DNA from: Psammoneis japonica
Lineage: Eukaryota
DNA: 20,000 nt
NCBI GenBank assembly: GCA_008632985.1
Contig: QPGO01000119.1
Span: 246,294-266,293 of the forward strand
Direction of reading: 5' to 3'
The first letter of the stretch is position 1. The number at the start of each line of letters is the position of its first letter. The position numbers were made by a program, and so were the translations under genes. Positions 1-9,050 of the stretch are shown here, in pieces. The notes below the pieces were generated by a model. The model saw only the letters and a list, made by a program, of their open reading frames with translations, searched no databases and was not told the origin of the DNA.

Positions 1-783
1 CAAATTGAAGCGCTGGGCAACGGCAGCCAAAGAGTCAGTGTCACAGGTGAAATCAGTGTTAAAGTCCCCAAAAACAATGACTTCTCAATTGGAATCCGCC
101 AGAAAATCCTGCAAGACTCGGGACAAGTCTGCACAAAATGCCTTCCTGGGATCGAGTGACGGCGCCCCAATTGNCCGGAGGAGGGCCAATTGTTGAGCAC
201 ATGCTGTTGTCTTCCCTGGGTGTTGTTGGTTCTTAGCGCAAACTCGACAGCAAGAGACAAACACAACTTGGCGTCCATTCCCACCGTCGAAGACTTGAAT
301 TGACCACCTGCCGAGCGGGTCGGATTCTTGAGTCCGGAAGCAAGCAGAAATCGAATTACATGACAACAAGGCCATTCCACCCGGTTTGCATTGCATTGCA
401 AAGGTGGTGGAACTGCTTGAAAAGGCAGACCGCCCATGATGTAAAGACTTGGAAACGGCAGATCTGCACATGGATGAAATGTCGAATTGGGTGGTGTCGA
501 GGCACACCTCCGAGATGCCAATGACATCGGCTTGAATTTCGGAGGCGAGTTGACAGCACTTGTTCACATCACCGCCACGCTTGTCGAATTTACAACCGTT
601 GGCATTGAAGGCGTAAAGGCGCGCATGGTGAGAAAGCTTGGGCCGGAGTTCGTCGCCCACAGGTGCGTTGGTCTTCAGTCGAGAAAAATCTATCCGACGA
701 TCTGTGGGAGGGTGGCAACTGCGTCCGTCTAGGACATTCTGCCAAGCGAGAGCTGGATCTTCAGCAGAAGGCGAATGACTCAT
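1..783 (-). pseudogene. LINE ORF2, N-terminal apurinic-like (APE) endonuclease domain with a premature stop
   Basis: Motifs YAFNANG, DVIGISE, (C)KPGG, DPLGRWS, VSC(C)RVC, DPRKAF. After the in-frame TGA at 87-85 the same frame reads EVIVFGDFNTD (GDFN motif) and stays open to base 1. Confidence 0.88.
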
Positions 784-832
784 TGTTGGGCCATGCTCCT
801 CCGAAGAGAAGACTGAGGCTTAGAGCACTGCA

Positions 833-2749
833 TTAACTTGGTGTTGGCTTGGAAGGAAAAACTCCGGCATCGTGAAGTCCGACGGAAAATTGATGTTGGC
901 GCAAGTGGTGAGTGGGGCGAGGAAGCAACATCAGGAGGTCGCCTGATTTCTTGAGGGGGTGGAGGCGGTGAAGTCCAACCCCTGCCTGAAAATCCGTCTC
1001 CCGTTCTTTGTGGTCGCCAGGGCGTTCAGGAGTTTCCATGTTGTTGGGGCGTTTTCTGGCTGAACTCTGAACAGGTTGGTTTGCTTGAAGCAGTTGAACA
1101 ATTTGGTTCATTTGTTCCTGCACTGCAGCCAACTGTTGGGAATGCTGAAACTGCATGGTGGCCATGTCCTGGGAGTGTTGTTTGGTGAAGGTGTTGTGCA
1201 AAGCTTCCACATCCTGAGAATGCTGTCGGCGGAGATCTGCCAGAGCCGCATCGTTCTTCTGTTGCATTTGTGACAGGGTCTGTTGCACTTCCGCCATCTG
1301 TGCTGACGTGAGGGAAGAACTTGTAGACGACTGAGTCGCTTGAGCGCACAAATGCGGAGGGGACGAGATTCCTGGGTGTCCAGAACATCCGCAAGGAGTT
1401 GCCTGGAAGGAGGGCCTGGGGGCGAAGATTTGCGGAGTGACTGACGGGCTTGGAGAGTGGCCTCGACCAGGGGTGCTGCCACGACCATGGCCTCTGCCCG
1501 CGAACTGTGCCGGAGGAGGAGGACGGTTTGACCTCGAGGCCTGGGTGTCCGTCAATGGAGATACGTCTGAGAAGGTTGGGGACTCCAAACTGCGGATGCT
1601 CGCAGACACTGTGGATTTGCTGGTGTCGGACTGCTCGTCAAGCACACCAGACACGTGAGGTTGATCGGGAAACGGAGGAGACGGCCAAGATTCTTTGGGG
1701 ACATTTGGAATTTGATCCATGATGCATGTGGAGATGCCAGCACGGGAAGCTTTGAAATCCGTACGTTTGACCAACACATTGTACCGACCAGGGGTGGCAC
1801 TAGACTTGCAGATCTCTTTCACTCCGGAGATGGCCCTGATGTGGTTTTCCAAATAAAACATCACATCCGGGGAGGTGCACAACAGCGGAACCACGCAAGC
1901 ATCATGATTGCGACGAGCTTGGAGTTTGACAGCGTTATAGAAGGCGAGTGGCGACATGCACCGTGTCTTTGCCACAACAATGTGTGTCGGCAGCTTGTTG
2001 GAGGCGTGCAGCAAGGTTTTTCCTGCAGTGCGGCAATCGTCTTGTTGCACTTCGATGGCACAAGTGACGGTGCGAAGGGGAGGAGCCAATTGATCGTCAT
2101 CGGCACGAATGGAGGTAGGTGCGAGACGAAATTTCGGCATCTTGGACTTGAATTCGCCCAGATCTTTTGCAAACAACTTGGTAGCTTCGTCGATCGGAGT
2201 GTGCTTGGATGGGGCAGCGACGCAACATGCCGGAGTCGCCGTGTCGATCACTGGCTCATTCCAGCAGTGGCGCTTCAAACCCATGTTGTTTGAGTCTAAA
2301 ATGCTCTGAATATGAGGATGAGAACAGATCTCTCGAAGGGGGACTTTGGTCAAAATACGGTGGCACAGGCGGTGGACGACAGGGCGTTTTTCTCCACTGC
2401 GAGTCGCAGAAATCGTGAAGTGACGTTCGTGCTGAAGGGTTGCAATCCATTCTGCAATGTTGACATTGGTGATCTGGTTGTTGTGGTTGTCCAGGATCTG
2501 AACATCGTTGTGATACGTGAATAGGATTTGTTGCAAAACTTGAAGATGAGCGGTGGTGAGGGTCATCGGCTTGCACGTCGCCTCCGGGCCACGAACATCA
2601 AAGCGTGGGGTGATCTCCACATAGGGAGGCTCTTTCGGTTTAGAAGAAGGTTTGTTGGATGCGTGATCAACAGTGATATCGTCCGCCATATTGATATCGT
2701 TGTTATCGTTGGGGGTATGGCTACCGTCAGCGACGGAACGAGACGCCAT
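833..2749 (-). CDS. LINE ORF1 (638 aa; low-complexity and Gln-rich coiled-coil-like C-terminal part), probably mutationally damaged
   Basis: Long ORF directly upstream of the APE ORF2, same strand and same TpA depletion; Cys/His at many positions where Tyr would fit (HCWNE, TCAIEV, ACVVPL, EICKS). Confidence 0.78.
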   Translation of the reverse strand: MASRSVADGSHTPNDNNDINMADDITVDHASNKPSSKPKEPPYVEITPRFDVRGPEATCKPMTLTTAHLQVLQQILFTYHNDVQILDNHNNQITNVNIAEWIATLQHERHFTISATRSGEKRPVVHRLCHRILTKVPLREICSHPHIQSILDSNNMGLKRHCWNEPVIDTATPACCVAAPSKHTPIDEATKLFAKDLGEFKSKMPKFRLAPTSIRADDDQLAPPLRTVTCAIEVQQDDCRTAGKTLLHASNKLPTHIVVAKTRCMSPLAFYNAVKLQARRNHDACVVPLLCTSPDVMFYLENHIRAISGVKEICKSSATPGRYNVLVKRTDFKASRAGISTCIMDQIPNVPKESWPSPPFPDQPHVSGVLDEQSDTSKSTVSASIRSLESPTFSDVSPLTDTQASRSNRPPPPAQFAGRGHGRGSTPGRGHSPSPSVTPQIFAPRPSFQATPCGCSGHPGISSPPHLCAQATQSSTSSSLTSAQMAEVQQTLSQMQQKNDAALADLRRQHSQDVEALHNTFTKQHSQDMATMQFQHSQQLAAVQEQMNQIVQLLQANQPVQSSARKRPNNMETPERPGDHKERETDFQAGVGLHRLHPLKKSGDLLMLLPRPTHHLRQHQFSVGLHDAGVFPSKPTPS

Positions 2750-2814
2750 GGTGTATCGGCAGTTCTACGGAGAGCGTGGTACTAAAAACACGTAGGTATA
2801 TTCAGTACAAGTAA

Positions 2815-4159
2815 TCGCAGAATTATACCACAAAAAAGTCAGTAGGGGGGCATGTCAAAGGTCTTTCGTCCTGCAAACGTTCGGGAACCTTTGAAACGTA
2901 CGCCCTTGTGGAACACACGCTGCACGATCCCGACGAGAGCAATGAAGAGATATTTCCAATCCTTGAAAGCGCATTTCGTGACACGTACAATGCTCTTAAT
3001 GCCCCCAGTCAAGAAGAGCATGTTTGCGACATGGATTCGAAACGGGTTGTGGAGAGAGTCACGGTGGTAGAGACGGACCACATCTTGAAACACATGGAAG
3101 GCCACAAACTCACCTCACGAAACTTTCTGTATAGAGTCACTGGAAGTTGCGAAGGTATTGGCTGCACAGAAGACACACATCTCTTTGACGTCGGCAATCG
3201 TAGAAACGAGGAGAAGGTCCTTTCTGTGTTGGCGGACAAGACGCCAACAACCTGCGAGTGCGCTGGAGGCCTTACCGAAAATCGCGCACCCATGGAGGCA
3301 GAATTCAGAGATGCTTTCCAAGAAGCGCTCTTCGAGACTGAGGCTCATGGAAGCTTATCGAATTTGAAATCGGTGAACACTGTCATAGAATATGGGGTGG
3401 TTAACTGCGATTGGCAACAAGATGTGTTTGAAAGTGACTATGACTTGGATTTCACTTGTGATCCCTTGGAGAAAGACTTTGGCTATCTCGGTGACAGTTT
3501 CTTGAACGAATACAACTCTGCCGCAACGTAAGTCCAGGAATATTTTTCGTCAAACACCGCATTCAAATATCTCACACTAACCGCTTTCACTATCACGTCC
3601 ATGCAGGTCCTACTGCGACCCAGAGTTCCGCTACATTACGGAAGTGAGTGTCCAAGACGAAGAGCAGCCAATGCTAAGACACAGAGATTTGAATATTGTA
3701 ACAAAGCAGCAAAAGAAGAGGAGCCTTCGGTTTAGAGTCAAGGGTAGGTGTAGGGGGTGCGGGGAAAATGCCCGTCTCTTCAATGACGCTTCTGACAGGA
3801 AGCTCCGTGTTTTAACTGATGCTGGCGATGTTACGTTTGATTTTCGCCACATTTATGACGGCCACGACGAGTGCTTTTGCGCACTGAGAAATGAAGGACA
3901 AACAGCTCAGTCTCAGGATGAATTTGTGCAGAGGTATAATGATGATCTGGCAAGAGCAAACATGAAAGGATTTTTGGGAAGGAAGTATGGTGTAACTGAA
4001 ATGACTTTACACGAAGTTATTGAAAGTATTAAAGAATTTCTAAGTGGCGTTGACTGGGAAAACCGAGATCGAGTCGGGGGTGGATTCCATGGCTTGGACT
4101 ACAGTGACCGGCAGAAACGAGATCGAGACATGGATGATCGGACGAGACGACTGAAGTGA
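2815..4159 (+). CDS. Cys-containing two-repeat protein of unknown function, spliced join(<2815..3527,3607..4159); start codon not found
   Basis: An intron joins ORFs 2908-3531 and 3644-4159 in frame (YNSAAT-SYCDPEFRYITEV). Two homologous repeats: F..[TE]YN...CD...R...V; [YF]RV.G.C.G(..)C.....LF; C.C; EF...[FY]...L. Confidence 0.75.
3528..3606 (+). other. Spliceosomal intron, 79 nt
   Basis: GTAAGT donor at 3528, CTAAC branch point 3577-3581, TGCAG acceptor ending 3606; removal deletes the stop and restores the repeat motif. Confidence 0.88.
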
Positions 4160-4769
4160 GTTGGGCACATACTTGGTTCACTATATACTACTTCTATAAG
4201 CAGCTTATTTACTTCTCCTCGTGCCTAGTTTAGAAAAGTCAAAAAGACACTAACACCAACTTGTCGGTATCCTCAAACGACGGCAGCGAGGACGAGAATC
4301 AGGATTCCATCACGGCTGTGAGCAGCGCTGGCGTTGAGAGTTTTCAAAGGCACTTATTGAACTAACAAGCGAACGAGACATGAAACGCTCATGTCATCGT
4401 TCCATGTTCCCGATATTGTCCTTAGGCACTCTAGCAAGGAACTGAACTTGTCCCGGTTCAGCTCGCCGTAGTTCTTTCAAAGATGAGTTTCGCGCGGGGG
4501 CAAATGTACGTAGTGAATCTGGCAATACAGGATTCAAAGGACGCTTGCAAAAGTCGTCGCTGCCCCCAAAGAGGCGAACTTCTGAACAATTCACATGACT
4601 CCTTCAATCTTTGCTGCTAGCTTTTTGAGTCCTCTCACGTGCTTCTTCTGCATCCCAATATAAGGATATCCTTGTTCATCATTGTAGCTGAAATGAGCAT
4701 TTAGCATGGATAGTCATTCACACTCCAGCAAGGTACTCCCAATACCCTTGGTAAACTTTGCGTCCTCCG

Positions 4770-4784
4770 CCCCCCCCCCCCCCC
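4770..4784. repeat. C15 homopolymer
   Basis: 15 consecutive C. Confidence 0.95.
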
Positions 4785-4904
4785 GTTCAGTTTTGCCGTC
4801 GCGTACTTGTAGAATCCAATCGCTTCATTGTGACAAGTGTAAATAAAAGTAGAACGTATTGAAAGTCATCCCTCCTCTAGCTAGAACTTCTTTGATGAAA
4901 TAAA

Positions 4905-6911
4905 TTACATTTTCTTTCCAAACTTGAAATTTGGATCCAACAATGGTTTCCTGCGACGAGAGGAACGCCTCACGCCGGCAGTTGGACTCGCCGCTGCAGG
5001 AGTCTCTTGCTGCGAGCTCGTGTCATTGGAAGTCCCATTCTCCGGTTTCAAGGCATCATGGTTCTCTTCGTTTACTTTCTCGGTTTGTTTTTCTTCTTGC
5101 TTGGCAATCTGTACCTCTTGCTCCTTTTTGCTGGTGGCTGTAGTTTGTTTCCCTTTTTCTTGCTCCTCTTTGGCTTGTGCCTCTGGCTCCATTGATTTGG
5201 TAGTTTTAGATTGTGTCTCTTCTCCTTGCTTTTCTTTAGTGCTACTAGAATCGGATGATGATGATGATGTAGAAGAAGAAGATGATGATGACGACGAGGA
5301 GGCGGAGCTACTAGAAGAAGACGATGATGAGCTCGTACTCGACAAATCCTCTTCCTCCTTCTTGGATCCCTCTTCTTTCTGTGCCTCTGGTGAAACGACA
5401 CCCTTTTGCTCGTCATTGTCGGGTACACGATCCACTACGCTGTCTTGGTCTGGATCAATGTCACCTTTTCCTTTGTCACGCTCCTTCTTGTCGCTTGGTG
5501 AATCCGGGATCACGTTGTCTTTGTCTTTGCCAGGCTCCTTCTTGTCGTTTGGTGAATCCGGGATCACGTCGTTTGTTTTCTGTTCTGGCGAATCAGGCTC
5601 TATTTCCTCTGGCGGATCTTCTTGCGTGACTGGTACTGGAGCATGTTCTTCGTCTGGCTTGGATGACGAAGAAGAACTTTCGCTTGAACTCGAAGAGGAA
5701 GATGATGACGAACTCGAGCTGCTGCTGCTACTACTGCTACTACTACTTGTAGTTGAGCTCGAATCATCCTCGTCTTCATTTTCGTCGGCCATGTCTGTTT
5801 TAGCTTTTGATTCCTCATGGTTGCTAGGTCCGTCCTCTTTGTTAGCAGTTGAATCGTTCTTTGCTTCTTTTGCGTTTTCCTCTTTATCTTCAACACTTGT
5901 CCCCATCCCTTTTATCGCGCCATTCACAACACTTGATTCCTCATTAGCTTCTTCGTTGGTGTCGTCTTTTGTTTCCTCTGTCTCTTTCACAGTGGGTTCC
6001 GTCTCTTCTGTTCCGCTGCCATTAGCTGCTGTCTCGGGCCCATTTGCCTTTGCGGTAGCCTCATGCGCCTTTTCATCAGGACTGGCCAGAGCGGAAGACG
6101 TTGCAGTGTCTATCTTTTCCGAGGCAATTGCAGCAGCAGCTGTAGTAGTCGCCTGTTCCTTGTTGGCAGTTGAAGCCAAGCTAGCCACTTTGGCCGCCTG
6201 CAGGATACTGTCTTTTCCTGCTTCTTCTTCGGTTGGTGGCGATGCCTCCTTGTGATAGGCATTGTTCAATTCCTCTTCCGTATCCATGTGACTCGTCGAG
6301 GAGCCTGAAGATGAATTCGAGGACGACGATGCTGCTGCAGATGCATCACTGTTGTCTTCATTGTTATCTGCTGCTGCGTCTTGAACCACCCACCCCTCTA
6401 CAGCTCCTCTTCTTGGTGGTTCATATGCCAACGTCATGGTTGTGGAAAGAGGCGGTGTTGGATCATCGCAATTGATGGGATCATTGTCGTTTCTGCGTTC
6501 ATAATCATACACCCAATACTCGACAGGCTCCAACCACAACGTAACATGATATTGTTGACCCGGTGGTAACAAATCGGCTATACAACAAAAGGGATCCCAA
6601 AACGTTTCGTGGCTTCCCACTTTATGATAGGCTCGAACAAAATAACGATAATGAGCAACGCGCTGTTGTTGTTCACGTCGTTGTGGTTCCATTATAATGT
6701 TCATTCGTATTCCCTGTCGAAAATTGCACCAAAAATCAATAATTTTGTCTCCTTGTGGTAAATGGGGAAAATACCACCACGTTGCTAAACCTCCTCGCTG
6801 TATGATTTCCAAAATCCAATCGGCAACCGTTGCCGAAGACTTTGGAATCAACGTTGTCATCAAGGCGGTATCGGAAGACCAGTCAACATTGATTGTAGCC
6901 AACGATGACAT
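4905..6911 (-). CDS. Hypothetical 668-aa protein: ~150-aa globular N-terminus, long acidic/poly-Ser disordered region, basic C-terminal NLS-like motif
   Basis: ATG-to-stop ORF of 2 kb; poly-Ser tracts with mixed codons; VIPDSP.DKKE duplicated with 54-bp period (~5480-5515 and ~5534-5569); RRSSRRRKP near the C-terminus. Confidence 0.8.
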   Translation of the reverse strand: MSSLATINVDWSSDTALMTTLIPKSSATVADWILEIIQRGGLATWWYFPHLPQGDKIIDFWCNFRQGIRMNIIMEPQRREQQQRVAHYRYFVRAYHKVGSHETFWDPFCCIADLLPPGQQYHVTLWLEPVEYWVYDYERRNDNDPINCDDPTPPLSTTMTLAYEPPRRGAVEGWVVQDAAADNNEDNSDASAAASSSSNSSSGSSTSHMDTEEELNNAYHKEASPPTEEEAGKDSILQAAKVASLASTANKEQATTTAAAAIASEKIDTATSSALASPDEKAHEATAKANGPETAANGSGTEETEPTVKETEETKDDTNEEANEESSVVNGAIKGMGTSVEDKEENAKEAKNDSTANKEDGPSNHEESKAKTDMADENEDEDDSSSTTSSSSSSSSSSSSSSSSSSSSSSESSSSSSKPDEEHAPVPVTQEDPPEEIEPDSPEQKTNDVIPDSPNDKKEPGKDKDNVIPDSPSDKKERDKGKGDIDPDQDSVVDRVPDNDEQKGVVSPEAQKEEGSKKEEEDLSSTSSSSSSSSSSASSSSSSSSSSTSSSSSDSSSTKEKQGEETQSKTTKSMEPEAQAKEEQEKGKQTTATSKKEQEVQIAKQEEKQTEKVNEENHDALKPENGTSNDTSSQQETPAAASPTAGVRRSSRRRKPLLDPNFKFGKKM

Positions 6912-7556
6912 ATTGTGAATATATGAGTACAGTATATTTCAAGAATACAAGAAGACTGCAACAAACACAATCAATTTAGCAGTCGCTGCAACCTTTTCCA
7001 TTTTCTTGTGAAGCACTTTTATTGTGTGGGGTGCGTCGGAAGCTGAGAGCAGAGACATCACGAAAGATCTTTGACGCGCGACGACAGACTTTTGCGCGGG
7101 AATCTGAGCGAGCGAAGGACAGGCATTTGCGCGCGAAACGAAGGATGATTTTCTTCGATCCAGTGTGACGACTAACTCGACCAGATTCTCGCATTTTCAA
7201 TTTCGGCTTTGACCGCACACATGCTTAGTGCGGTACAACCCGCTGCGCTTGCATTGTGTAAATAAGAATCGGGTTCTAATGTTGCAGATGCAGGAGATGT
7301 TCGTTTCATGTTGGTTCTTTTTCGGATTTCGTTGGTTGCTCTCAAAATTTTTATTTTCTGTGACTTGCCGACCGCAGAACAAGAACCCACTTGTGATAGT
7401 TGAGTCGTGCGAAGGCGAGGCTTGCCTCATTTTTTCTTCACATCGATCATCATTCACAATCAAAAATAGTTTCAAACTGGAGCTACAGGTCAGCTTTGGC
7501 AGTTCACAAACACTTCAAGACCATTTTTTTGTTTCCTTCTACTGCGGTTGGTGTCA

Positions 7557-8546
7557 ATGAGGAATAAGGAAAATGCTTCTTCCGCAAGCGACGAAGATGC
7601 AGAAGCGACTGCTGCTGCGTCTCGGCAGGAAAGTACCCGTATGATCCGCAGTCATCTCGATGCACATTTGGCATTGAATCCAAACTCCTCTTATGTATCA
7701 TGGATCGCTACACTTCACCCTGAAAATGCCCATGTTACCATTGATCCTCGTTTCTTTACTCCAGACAATCCGTGGAAAACTGTCTATGAAGAAGGAAGAG
7801 CTACTACGACGCACCACGTGACGGGTGTACCCGTGGCTAATAACGGAGAATCTGAGTCGGAACAAGCATCCAACACAGCCGCTCCATCCGAAACTCCAAG
7901 GAAACACGGTGGTTTGTTTGCTTGTGTCTTTGGCTTTACCATTGCTCTCATTGCCGTCCTTTGTGCCTTCATACTCGAGACAACCTCTGCTCCGTTTTAT
8001 CTCGTGGCGGTTGGTTTCCACAAGATTTGCCACTGCTGCAAGCTCAACGTATTGACCTTTCTTCCTCTATCCATTTTTTGGATTATGCTTCAAGTGTTTT
8101 TATGGACAGACATCCTTTTGCTCTGGGTCAATGTCTTGCTTGTCGAGCTCTTGGCCGTAACAAATGCCATGATTTGTACCCTCTTTTCGTTGGACTGTGG
8201 TGTGGGTAAAGCGTGGCACCAACACACGCGGCGTTTGGCTCACTACACTCGTTGGGCCTTTCGAATGCCCTTTCAGGAATGGAAGAATCCCCCCAGGTCA
8301 AACTGTTGTCCAGTGGCCACGGCCAATGAGGAAGAGGTTGAGGACGCCGTCAACGTGGTGATGGTTCGGGAGTGTTGCATTACGGATCGTCATGATGGCG
8401 CTGATGCGATTCACCAGGACTCCATTCCATCTGTGCCAGCGACTGCTCCAACAGAAGACGAAGAAGAACACGTCGTGGTCATTCCCCAAGATAGTATCGT
8501 CATTCTTGATGATGAAGATCAAGAGAAGGACGTTGAGTACAAGTAG
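7557..8546 (+). CDS. Hypothetical multi-pass membrane protein (~329 aa)
   Basis: First in-frame ATG at 7557; N-terminal SSYVSWIATLHPEN segment, 3-4 hydrophobic stretches, acidic tail. Confidence 0.8.
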   Translation: MRNKENASSASDEDAEATAAASRQESTRMIRSHLDAHLALNPNSSYVSWIATLHPENAHVTIDPRFFTPDNPWKTVYEEGRATTTHHVTGVPVANNGESESEQASNTAAPSETPRKHGGLFACVFGFTIALIAVLCAFILETTSAPFYLVAVGFHKICHCCKLNVLTFLPLSIFWIMLQVFLWTDILLLWVNVLLVELLAVTNAMICTLFSLDCGVGKAWHQHTRRLAHYTRWAFRMPFQEWKNPPRSNCCPVATANEEEVEDAVNVVMVRECCITDRHDGADAIHQDSIPSVPATAPTEDEEEHVVVIPQDSIVILDDEDQEKDVEYK

Positions 8547-9050
8547 TAGGACCGGAGAAAGCTGGTTTGATACAGTCGTGCATTATAATATGCACTGCAA
8601 TTCTTAATTGTAAGAATTTTGTTTCGAATTAGTGTGTTAAACTGCATGTGTTGTGTAAACAATCTCTTTTAGTGAAAATTCCACAAAGACAAATAGAAAA
8701 TCGAATATACTCGCACGCGCCTCTTTCGTTATCGTGGTAGATATCAGCGTGAGGCTGCTTGCAAAGGAAACGAGATTCTAGCTGTTCTCGAGAATAGTCC
8801 GAGAGGATCCGAAGCATCGAAACAAACTGTTCGACCAGTACTTTTTCTCCAACGGTTTTGTTGCGTTGACCTCAAACGAGGAAGAATCAAAAGACAAACA
8901 GTAGTTTCCAATCCAAGTCGAAGGCTGCTCCGGTGCGTTCTGGCGTTACGAGCCATGTCGAGTTGCTACGCCTGGTCTCTAGAGGCGGCCTTCGGATCTC
9001 TCTAATTCGATCGCAAAATAACTTAATACCAATAATCTATTTGACTCTGA

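Larger units (their letters stand above)
1..2790 (-). mobile_element. Non-LTR retrotransposon (APE-type LINE, Ambal-like), 5' portion; degenerate, continues beyond left edge
   Basis: Long ORF1 followed by an ORF2 with APE-endonuclease motifs; strong TpA depletion across 1-2620. The 5' boundary (~2760-2815) is approximate. Confidence 0.88.

Noticed and set aside
1..2620. Classical RIP or CpG decay as the main cause
   Set aside because: Those are C->T processes that create or preserve TpA; here TpA is lost and CpG remains common.
4260..4790. Coding-like minus-strand relic with several TGA stops
   Set aside because: No recognisable motif; cannot support a pseudogene call without a homology search.
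4924..6255. 443-aa plus-strand ORF
   Set aside because: Antisense shadow of the low-complexity 668-aa gene.
4905..6911. Silaffin-like biosilica protein because of poly-Ser
   Set aside because: No signal peptide evident, acidic overall, and an NLS-like tail.
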